This document shows, in pieces, positions 39,141-49,620 of a stretch of 64,000 bases of DNA. A program made the translations under genes and the position numbers. The stretch is from Vicugna vicugna (taxonomy: Eukaryota). How positions within the stretch are numbered: the first letter of the stretch is position 1; the number at the start of each line of letters is the position of its first letter. The stretch is taken from NCBI GenBank assembly GCA_013265495.1, contig MU057503.1, positions 496,001 to 560,000 of the forward strand, read 5' to 3'. The notes beneath the pieces are model-generated. The model saw only the letters and a program-made list of their open reading frames with translations, was not told where the DNA came from and did not search any database.

Positions 39141-41359
39141 GACACAGATGCCCTATACACATGAGGTGTCTGATTCCAGGCCAGAACCCTGTGTGTGTTC
39201 CTTCGGGCTCTGCAAAGGCTTTCCTGGGCAGGCCTGCCGGGAAGCTGCCCTCCCCACACCTGGTGCTCAGCCAGTGCTCTGCGGTCTCTGGGGAGGAAGA
39301 GGGGGTGGGCTGCAGGCCAGGGCTCCCTCTCCCCACCGTCCCCCGCAGGTCACCTGTACACACATTTCTTGCCTTCCCCGCCTAGGCACCTTCACCGGGA
39401 GTCTTGGCAAAGACACTTCCCTCCACTCTGACTCAGTACTTTTCCACCCTGAGTCCTTCCCCTTCTCCACCACCCACCTGCCACTCCACCCCTGCCAGCA
39501 CCAGCCCTGAGAAAATTCCTCCTGTCTCTGCTGCATGCCATTGCCCAATCCTGGCCCGGTGTCCTTCTGTGGGGAACACGGAGCACTTTCTTTCTCTTTG
39601 CCTCCTGCCTGCACCATCACAGTGAGTGAATAAAGGTTTCAATCTTATTTTCAGTTTGGCTCACTTTTCTAACTGGCCACCTTGACACCAGGCTGTCTGA
39701 TAGCATAAATTATGTTTGAAAGAGTAGGAAGAAAGGGATGGAAGTGGAAGGAAGACTTAAATTTCCTTTACACATCTCTGTATCATTTAACATAACAGCA
39801 AATGTGGAATGTCCCTTTTGTAAATTCTGAAGAGGAATTTCTTTGCTTCGATTTGGCCCTGCATTCACAAAAGACCTCGAATCCTACTAAATGCTGATTC
39901 ATCTTTGTCACACTCCCAGGCTGCATGAACCCTGTGTGACCCAAGCACTCAGTGTCCACAGAATCCTTCCAGGGGCCCAGTCATATCTCAGAGCTTAGGC
40001 GTGACCGTGAAAGTATCCTGTAGCTGCGTCAGGAGCCACTGACTAAGAAGCCAGTGGCTGAATTTTGTTATAAATATAAGAACTAGTTAAGGCCGAAAAT
40101 GTCTGTACCCTTCTCCATCACTTGTTTTATAGAAGGAGACCCACAGAGGCGGGTTCAGAACTGCCAATCACACTCACCAATAAAAAGGATAAAGAGAGGT
40201 TCTGTATGAGGAATGAGCGGGGTGACTGGGGATTCATAAGCCCCTCCTCTGGATGCTGAGATCCCATTAATTTTAGGCACATAGAAGGGTTTGTGCAGGT
40301 GCAATCCTCTCCTTTATCCACAGCTCGGGCATCCCGTGCTGGTCTGATACACTCATTCCTCTGAGCACCTAGGAACTTGAAACTATGCCCTTTAGGCACT
40401 AACAACACACATATGTGTATGACTTTCTCAGTCCAGAGGGACATTTTCAATGTGTTAAATCTGTGACACTTTGATAAACCAAAAACAAAACAAAACATCC
40501 CCCACATCCACCCCCAGCTCAATTACTGCATCCATTGCCGGTGGGCTACCTACCACCAAACAACTTTCAGAGTTCAAGGCCCCGAGGCAGCCACCCAGGG
40601 GTCTGGATTTGGCCGCAGGCTGGGAGGGAGAGAAAGATCACTACTGAGAGTAAGTGGGGTAGGAGATGTTCCTGCTGGGAGTCAGCAAGCGGCCAGCTAC
40701 ACTTTCTATCGCTTAGAAGACATCTCGCTCTTTCCAGGGCAGGCAGAACTTAACACATGTCGGTGTGTGTTGTGGGCAATGTGCCATTAGCTATGTCCAC
40801 AGGTGCACAGTGGAGGAGTCTCACTGTGCAGGACAAGGAACTCCCCTCCTGGAGTGTTTCTGAGTCTCCCCTTGCCCCAGGCTGACACTGGGCTGGGACA
40901 GCAGGGACTCACTCATGTGCCCTCATGTCCAGCCTTCACCGAAATGAGAAGATGTTATCTCAGGATATCCCAGAGCTCTTACGCTGTTGTCTCTGGCTGT
41001 AACAGAAAGCTTCAGGTTCAAGCAAAGGAGTAACACGTTGAAGTTGTAAGAGGAAGATGAAGTCTGGAGAATCACTTAAGACAAAGGCAGGAGAACTCTG
41101 GTCAGCACCTGCTTTCTGTGAGCCTCGGGGAGTCTGAAAGCCAGGCTCTGCCAGGTACACTTGAGAGCAGACCACTTTTTAGCCCTTCTTCCTCCTCAAG
41201 GTAAAACCTTTGGCATTAAACAAAATCCTAAATTCCCAATCAAATGATTTTGCAAATAGGTGCTATGTAAATATGGTATAGGGATAACTAATGAGTATAT
41301 AGTTTTTCAGCCTCAATAAAAGGCTTTGTCCGAGTGGCACAAAGAATGGGGGAAAAGGG

Positions 41360-41480
41360 ATATAGATATATAGATACACAGATTTACAGTTATAGCTGTA
41401 GATTATATAATCTATATTTATATAAAAAATCTCCATATATAAATCTCCATTTATAAATACATATGTTTATATACTTATGA
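41360..41480. repeat. AT-rich degenerate (TA/TAGA)n low complexity
   Basis: gatatagatatatagatac...tatattta...tatataaa. Confidence 0.65.
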
Positions 41481-41699
41481 AAATCTCCAAGCTTAACAAT
41501 AAAGGTACAATCTCTCTGTAGAGCACAAATGGAAAATGAACCCAAAAGTCACCAGGCTGCTGACTTGAGAAGCAGTTAACAGTGTCCAGCAGTCCAGTTT
41601 CCATGGCGTGAAAGGTGAAGCAAGACGAAAAACTCAGGGATCAAGCTCAAGCTCACTCCTGAATGCAAAATCCAAACCAAGCTGCTTCACTGTGCCATA

Positions 41700-42125
41700 C
41701 ACCTGCGCTGCTTCTCCCTGCAGCGCGGGAACCGCCTGACAGCAAGGCAAAGTGCTCCGAGGCTCCTGTATGAAAGCGTCCTGCTGGCACAGAACCGCAT
41801 TCCCGTCTCTTAACAGCTTAGGGGTCGGCCCGCCGCGCGGCAGGGAAGCCCCCCCGCACCACCACCACCACGTGTGTGGTAAAGCGGCTGTAAGCCTGTG
41901 GCGCGCAAATGCGCAGGAGGAACCTTTCTGGGTTGTTGTAAGTTCTGCCAGTTTACTCGGGAGAGTATAATGGGAAAGACAGAGCACCACCCGACCAACA
42001 CTATGGGGCCATGGCTGGCCAGGGACCGCCCTCGCCCAGCTCAGAGGGTCCACGACCCTGGAGAGATGCTCGCACATGCGCACAATCGGTGGTGGCGAGG
42101 CCGGGTGGGGCGGGGCTTGGGGACC
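41700..42125. promoter_or_regulatory. CpG-rich intronic element with NRF1-like, Sp/KLF and E-box motifs (candidate enhancer or alternative promoter)
   Basis: CGCACATGCGCA at 42071-42082 (one mismatch to NRF1 YGCGCATGCGCR), GGGGCGGGGC at 42107-42116, CACGTG at 41869-41874, and dense CpGs. Motif evidence only. Confidence 0.4.
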
Positions 42126-43374
42126 AGAATTGGCAGGCGCCAGCCCCACCTTCGGCCACTCACTGGCTCTAGACTTGGTGTCCTCGCCTATAAAACGCAG
42201 GGGCAGGGCCAGATCATGGCACCTCGGGCACCTCCCAGGTCTAAATTTAAGTGAGTATCCCCTGAGCGGAAAAATACGGACAAACCACTGCAGCTACTAC
42301 TTTCCTTCTCAGGAGGTGGTGATCACCGCAATTTAGATTCTAATAAATACAAACCAATACAGATGTGCCAGGATGGAAGAAGTCACCCTTAGTGCTTCCC
42401 TGAAATCATGAAGGACAAGGAGCCCATTATCAAGCAAGCCCCCCACTGTAATTTCACTGTTGTCAACCAGTCCCCTTGGAACGCAGAGCTGCAAACAAAA
42501 GGCATCTCTGACAGCGTTAACAGTATTCACGGATGCCCTGATTCCATTACACACTTTTTCGGCTGAAAGTGATTCGAAACGCAACATTAAACTGCACATT
42601 TCCAGAATGGAGGAGAAAATCTGGTACAAGGTGACAAAGAGAAACCATTCGGAAAACCCTTTTTGACAGTGTGTATCAATTCCAAAGTCCGGGAGGAGGC
42701 ACCCATTTTGTCAAAAAGCATCAGACCTTGTGAATTCTCTTCGGGTGCAGCAGAAGCGTCTGTCTCCTTCAGAAGTATCAGAAATGTGTCGATGGAAAAG
42801 AAAGCAGGGCAGCTGACGGAACAAGCGGGGGTTACCACCGTCAGAGGACAGCCAGGCTGCCGGTGCTAATTAGAGGTGTCAAAAAATAGCTGAAGGGAAA
42901 TAATAATCCCAAGAGCCTGGAATTAGTTTGGGTGTGTTTTTAATCATTCCATTTCCAGAATGGATACTAGAGAAAAAGTTTGCAAATACGATGATTCATT
43001 TAATAGGACCTCAGATATGCACATTTCTCAGCAAACATTCACAAAAAATCGTCAGGAAAAAAAGTCAGATCTTTAAGTAGCAGCAAAAATAAATGCTCAC
43101 TTGCAGTGCAATAACTGAGTCAGATGTTCCCATTTTCCTCACCACCAGCCAGGCTGTGTTCATAGCACCCAGAATAATTTCTCAATATCATAATTCAGCC
43201 ACTTTCTACAAAGATCTTGCTCTACATTCATGAAACCAAATGCACCAGCACCGTATTTCCTGCACAAGGTAAAAAGCCTTATAGTCATGAAAGAACTTTT
43301 TGAGGTGCTTATTATTTCTTACAACATGACAAGGGGTCCATCTATAAATTAATGGTGGGTTTGTTCTTTGTGTG

Positions 43375-44005
43375 TGTGTGTGAAATTATTCTACATTCCA
43401 TAAAATTCACCCTTTTAAAAGGGTACAATTCAGTTGTGTTTAGTATATTCACAAGGTTGTGTAACCATCACTACTAATTCCAAAACATTTTCATCAGCTC
43501 AAAAGAACCCCTTGCCCATTAACAGTCACTCTCCCTTCCCCTAACACTCATTCTCCCCACTAACCCCTGGCAACCACCAATCTATTTTCTGTCTCTATGG
43601 ATTTGCCTATAAATGAGATCATATAATATATGGCCTTTGGTGCCTGGTTTCTTTCACTTAAAATAATGTTTTCAAGGTCTATCATGTTACAGTATGCATC
43701 AGTACTTCGCTCCTTTTTACGACTGAGTGAATATCTCACTGTAAGGATACCCCACATTTTGTTTATCCATTTGTTATTTGTTGCACATTTGGGTTGTTTC
43801 CGCTCTTTTGGCTATCATGAATAATGCCATTATGAACATTCATGTACAAGTAAGTGTCTGTGTGAATATATGTTTTCAATTCTCTTGGCTATATACCTAG
43901 GTGTGGAATTGCTGGTTCACATGGTAACTCTTCAGGTTTAACATTTTGAGGAATTGCCAATCGGTTGTCAAAAGTGGTGGCAGCACCGTTTTGCATTCCC
44001 AGTTG
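43375..44005 (-). mobile_element. Ancient LINE-1 3' end (L1MB-like)
   Basis: Contains cataaaattcacccttttaaaagggtacaattcag, cccctggcaaccaccaatcta and atacctaggtgtggaattgctggttcacatggtaactc. ORF 43560..43757 is a decayed ORF2 C-terminus (DLENIILSERNQ). Confidence 0.88.
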
Positions 44006-45339
44006 TTGGGTTTTAAAACTTTCTCTTGAAGGACCGCAGAGTTTCAACTAAATTTATTTCTGAAAATCCCACCATGGTTTCTTATGTTGCAGTTTTAAAA
44101 GCACTTGGCTGGCCAAGTTTTCCTTGCATGCTTTGATCTCAATGCACCTACTGAACACTTAGTGGTTCCTCTTCCATCTGGGTCAGGGGATATATATTCT
44201 GTTCTTCTCAAGTGCAGGATCAGTACTTATAACCCACACCACTGCACGGTCCTCCAGCACAAATGTATACAAACACGCCTCAAGCTCCAAGGCGAGCACG
44301 TGTTTCTCTCCCTAACAAGTAGCCAGACTGGGTGAGGCCACCAAAGGCATGTATTTTTTTCTCTACTATAGTCAATTTTGGAGCAGGGCGGATCTCTTCT
44401 CCCCCCTCCCCTTTTTTAATAACTGATGACTACAATAGCTCACTGTTTATGTGCCAAGGCAGGTAGGACATGCAGAGCTTAGGGAGTAATCTCTTTACCA
44501 ATGCTCTGCATTAGTCACACCCTCTTTAGAGTTGTGTCCAGTTCCAGTCTATTTTAAAAGGGCAATGCAACGGAGCAACTGAACGTACCTCCAAGAAAAG
44601 AAAGAAAAACAATGCAAGGGGTGGAAAACACACGCTCTGAAGGAGGTTAAAGCAATTGTGGTATTTTAGCTGGAAGGAAAAAATGAGGAGTGATTTGATC
44701 ACACTCTCCTTCCCGCAATTTGAAATAGTTTTATTGACAGAATGGAGGGTGACCAGTTCTTCATGCTCAGAAGAAAACAAACAAGAAGAAATTCTATTTA
44801 AATCAAATCAGTAAGATTCTATGGTTGGAAACAAGAAAAGAATTTCCTGATCTTCCCAATATACACTGATCGAAGCCCATGGGTCTCTGTCCCTGGAATT
44901 CAAAAAGACATAAGGGAGCTTCATCTATATATTCTCCTGGCAAGAATCTTGAGGCATCCTTTATTGTTGCTTCCTTATGATGTTATAAATCAGGAACTAC
45001 ATCTGTGATGTGAGGGCAAAGCCTGATCCATAAACAATTAACTCGAGACTGAATACTGTATAACATGCTTAGAAAGTCTTATAACCTACACTGTGGAAAT
45101 ACACAGAGCATCCTCGGGGCCACACGACCCTGCTCAAAATAAGCTACCCGACTTCATCCGGCAGGGCAGGTGGCTTACCTGCAGCCCACGGTTAGATAAC
45201 AGGTTGGATGCCTCACCTGTAGGGCCTCCTGGCTCCACCTGCTGCTGGTTACCCCGTGTCAGTTCCTCACACAGCAAAGGCTTGGGAAGCCCATCTCTCA
45301 TCCACTGAATCTAACCATCAGGTGGGTTTGGGGAGCCAG

Positions 45340-45520
45340 GTGAGGTGTGGTGGAAAGTAATCAGGGCTCAGAGTTCAAGGTCTAGCTCAAACTATGAACT
45401 AGCTATGCTAGGAAAATCAGCTAGCCACTCTGACACTCAAATTCCCCTGTCTGAAAAAGGGACAATACCTCTTTCTTCAGACTAAGTGAGTTTATGTGTA
45501 AAAGGACTTTAAGCATGGCT
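45340..45520 (+). mobile_element. MIR SINE
   Basis: Contains gtgtggtggaaag, gagttcaaggtctagctc and ttcccctgtctgaaaaaggga. Confidence 0.65.
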
Positions 45521-46139
45521 AATTAAGTACAGCTGCTTGAATCATTACAGGAAAGGTACATATCCACAAGTCCAACTAGAACAGTCACTACTTGGAACTT
45601 TTGTTACTTTGTACAACAGCTGTCCACAATCGGGATCCTAAGGAACAGTATGAAGGAAAAAACCAGCTAGTGACCTCACTTAAGCGTTAATGATAAAATG
45701 GCACGCTGACTTCCCATTGTCATTTCCAGTCACGTGTTCAGATACCCCCAGAACTCAGCAGAAAAGAGAGACTGACAGGGCAGTAGTGGAGTGATCGCTC
45801 GCTTTAAAACCCCACACTGTTCATTAATATTAGTGCCATAATTTCCTGCAGATTTTTCCAAGTATATCTGTAATTTAAGATTGTATTTTGACAAGCAGAT
45901 ATAAAAAAATGTTCCATGCAAAATCCCCTTTCCCTGAAAAAATTCCACTGAGCCCGTAATTTACCCAAGGCTATTGCAATTGTCCAAAAGAAAAGTGAGA
46001 TTCTGGACTATGTCTGTGGAAACAGGAAAGTCTCAGTGGTATAATACGTTACACCTTGTACATTACATGTGTACTTATCAAATGTATACAACTTTAAAAT
46101 ACATTCTCCCAAGTAAAGGAGATGAAAAGGTCTGGGAAT

Positions 46140-46410
46140 CTGCTGAAATTCCCAGGTTGCACAATGGAGGGTGGTGATGCCATTAACAGACGGAGAGCTG
46201 GGCAGAGAAGCCAGTCCGGAGGCGATGACGCTGCATTTTGATTGGGGCATGTGCCTGACGCCCAGGGAACAGGGCTCGTGAGTAATATGGGTACGATGCT
46301 CAGGAATGAGATCAGTGCTAGAAAAACAGAGCTGGGAACAGTTACGTGTATACGGTCGTTAAAAGCATGGGATTGAAGCAAATATTCCAGGGAATGTATG
46401 TAGAAAATGT
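46140..46410 (-). mobile_element. L2 fragment
   Basis: Contains gggtggtgatgccattaacaga, gagctgggaa and aaagcatgggattga. Confidence 0.55.
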
Positions 46411-47739
46411 GGCGATAAGTATTAAGTGAGAATATAAAAAATGGGTCCATTCCATCATTTACCTGTTCAACCCTCTTCACAGAATAAATCAATGAATTGA
46501 AGTTGGCCTCTACAGTGTTTTCCCTGGAAGACTCTTCTGAGTGATAGCAGGAAGTCCCCCCCAAAATTCATGCTCAGAAGAATTTGGGAAACACTTTCCT
46601 TTGTCCCAGGACTTTCCTGAGCCTTTAATATACTAAAATGTGTCGTTGTTCTCCAAGACCAGATAACTGTGCAATAATCCCCAAATCTCACGAGGGGAAG
46701 AACATCTCTTAACGTATCTTCACTTTTCTACCAAGCGTAGGCCAAGTTCAGGGCTGGATGCACTTGGCTGAGCTTTGGCCTAGGAACACAGCAACACAGC
46801 GGGCTTCACTCTTGAGAGCCCCACCCTCTACCCTCAAGAACCTTGTCAGGTGAAAAATCAGGGCTGCTCTGTCTTAGGAAAAGGCCCCACCATTCCTCCA
46901 TCTCTGATTCCACTTTCTTTTTTGAGAGGCACTTCATTCACAAAGCTTCAGAGATAAAGGGGGCTCAGACCAGGACAGGGGTGCTTGGAGGAAAACTAAG
47001 CTATCTCCCCACCCCTAGGTCTTCTCCATTCTAGCTCGTCTCTTACATAGTTCGCCAGGTATGCAGAGCTCAAGGTGTGCTCCTGCTACCCTGACTTCAA
47101 CTAGTTCTGACTGGGAGCTTGAGGGCTCTCTTGTTCTGGTTCACATTCTATTTTCGTATTTGCAGCTTCTCTGGAATGACGTCCCCTCACCACCAGGATT
47201 GGGGGAAAGAGGCAAGCAGACTATTCTAGTCCTGATTCCAGCTTAAACAAAAGAAGACTCCAGCATGTTCCAGCCTGGCACATGCAGGGGCTGCACTGTA
47301 ATTTAAGGTCAAAATGTATTACTTACAAAATGTGTTCCTCTGCCTTCTCCTCTGTCCGAGTCTTTCCCTGTTCAGCTTTTGGGGACTGGCCAGCAACGTC
47401 CAAAAGAGGACTTGTGAATTAGAGTTTTCAGGTCTCGGCTCTATAGCCTCTAACTGCCCCCCAGCACCTTCCAGAAATCGAGTTGTTTTAATTCATCTCT
47501 GCAGAATGTCATTGCTCCTCAACGGCTTATCTGGTAGGTCTTATTTCAAGCCCAGGAATCTTTCTGACATGTACGAGTGAAGAAATGTATTTTGGACCTT
47601 TTATTTTTCCCATTTTAAATTAATCAATATGGGGTTAATTTAAGATGACATGATTTCTGATAGGAAGTTGGCCAAGGATGGACAGTAACACCCCCCAATC
47701 AAAAGTGTTCACATCCTTAGAGCCCAGAATAGATTTATG

Positions 47740-48389
47740 TTTACAGAACATGGTGAAGACAGCAGAAACGACCTTCGATAATTAGATTTGAAAAATTGAG
47801 GTGATTGAGGAAGAGACTAACTGGCTGCTGGAGACCAAAGGTGTAAAACTGATAGATGACGAAGAAGGAGAAGTGCTATTCTATTTCCATTTTACTTGTC
47901 ATGTGGGAAGAAGGAGAAAATAACCACGAATTTTAAAAAACAATAATCTAAGGCCCAAGACAGATGAAAATATTACAGAAGGGAACTGTGCTGTGATAAA
48001 TGGAATTGAGTCTTCCACCTTCAACAAAAGACATCTTGGGGCCCAAAGAGTCTTGGAAGATGAAGCTGCCCCAGCTCTGTCCGGGGTCGGGAGGATGGCA
48101 GTGAAGGAGAGACGTGCCCAGCGATCAGAGACCAGCAAACCAGGTCCACTTTCCAACAAAGGAGACAGTGGAGTCTGTAAACTAAGGAGGAGGACCTGAT
48201 ATCAATCTCGAAGAAGATTCTAGAGTAGGTCATTAAAGAAAAGGCTCCTGAGAGCTAGTGAAGAAAAGCAGTGGTCCCTGGTGGTCTGCCAAGAGAGGAC
48301 AGCACATCCTTTTCTAGTCCCCCCCCCCCATCTTTTTACTTGTGTACGTAAAAGAAATGCCAGAGGCAGAGTACCTTTTGGGACTATAG
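47740..48389 (+). mobile_element. CR1/L3 LINE fossil (ORF2), left part
   Basis: Decayed peptides LIDDEEGEVLFYFHFT (from 47849; compare CR1 LVTDDEEKAEVLNxFFASVF) and KILE*VIKE (from 48214) occur in CR1 ORF2 order. Confidence 0.6.
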
Positions 48390-48404
48390 AAACCAACAGA
48401 ATCT

Positions 48405-49436
48405 TTTTTCTTCTGGTCCCCAAATACTTTTTTTTTTTTTTTTTACTGAGTTATAGTCAGTTTACAATGTTGTCAATTTCCAGAGCAGAGCACAATTTTT
48501 CAGTTATACATGAACTTACCTACATTCATTGTCGCATTCTTTTTCGCTGTGAGCTACCACAGGATCTTGTATATATCTCCCTGTGCTATACCATATAATC
48601 TTGTTTATCTATTCTACATATGCCTGCCAGTGTCTACAAATTTCGAACTCGCAGTCTTTCCCTTTCCACGCCCCTTCCCACCGGCAACCACAGGTTTGTA
48701 TTCTATGTCTGTGAGTCTGTTTTGTATTTATGTTCACTTTTTCTTTTTTTAGATTCCGCATATGAGCGATCTCATATGGTATCTTTCTTTCTTTTTCTGG
48801 CTTACTTCACTTAGAATGACATTCTCCAGGGACATCCATGTTGCTGCAAATGGCATTATGTTGTCATTTTATGGCTGAATAGTATTCCATTGTATAAATA
48901 TACCTCATCTTCTTTATCCAGTCATCTGTTGATGGACATTTAGGCTGTTTCCATGTCTTGGCTATTGTAAATAGTGCTGCTATAAACATTGGGGTGCAGG
49001 TGTTTTTTAGAAGTAGGGTTCCTTCTGGATATATGCCCAGGAGTGGGATTCCTGGGTCATATGGTAAGTCTATTCCCTGTCTTTTGAGGCATCTCCATAC
49101 TGTTTTCCACAGTGGCTGCACCAAACTGCATTCCCACCAGCAGTGTAGGAGGGTTCCCTTTTCTCCACAGCCTCTCCAGCATTTGTCATTTGTGGACTTT
49201 TGAATGATGGCCATTCTGACTGGTGTGAGGGGATACCTCATTGTAGTTTTGATTTGCATTTCTCTGATAATTACTGATATTGAGCATTTTTTCATGTGCC
49301 TAATGATCATTTGTATTTCTTCCTTGGAAAATTGCTTGTTTAGGTCTTCTGCCCATTTTTGGATTAGGTTGTTTGTTTTTTTTCTTATTAAGTCGTATAA
49401 GCTGCTTATATATTCTGGAGATCAAGCCTTTGTCGT
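48405..49436 (-). mobile_element. Young 5'-truncated LINE-1 (ORF2 C-terminus, 3'UTR, polyA) with 15-bp TSD
   Basis: ORF 48864..49310 is the L1 ORF2 C-terminus, including the Cys-rich [18 protein letters not shown] motif. T17 tail at 48428-48444. Perfect TSD AAACCAACAGAATCT at 48390-48404 and 49437-49451. A frameshift in the T8 run near 49380 separates [12 protein letters not shown] from the rest. Confidence 0.96.
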
Positions 49437-49451
49437 AAACCAACAGAATCT

Positions 49452-49620
49452 CTGACGATCTTTTGATTGACAACAAAGGATAGGGACAGTATAAGTAAAA
49501 GGCTGGAGACCTAGGGAACCACCCCTGCCAGGAACCACTGCTACACAAGGGAGACAGAAACCAGGATTTCTCACCACAAACCAGCTGGACCCAGTTAAGC
49601 TGGAATGGCTTAAGAGGTGG
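49452..49620 (+). mobile_element. CR1/L3 LINE fossil, continuation after the L1 insertion
   Basis: ctgacgatcttttgattgacaa resembles the CR1 RT HDILIDK segment expected after the YLDFSKAFD region. Confidence 0.4.

Noticed and set aside
42189..42195. TATAAAA box near the CpG-rich element
   Set aside because: It lies in a MIR3-like relic, where cctcgcctataaaacgcagggg derives from cctcatctgtaaaatgagggg. It was not counted as promoter evidence.
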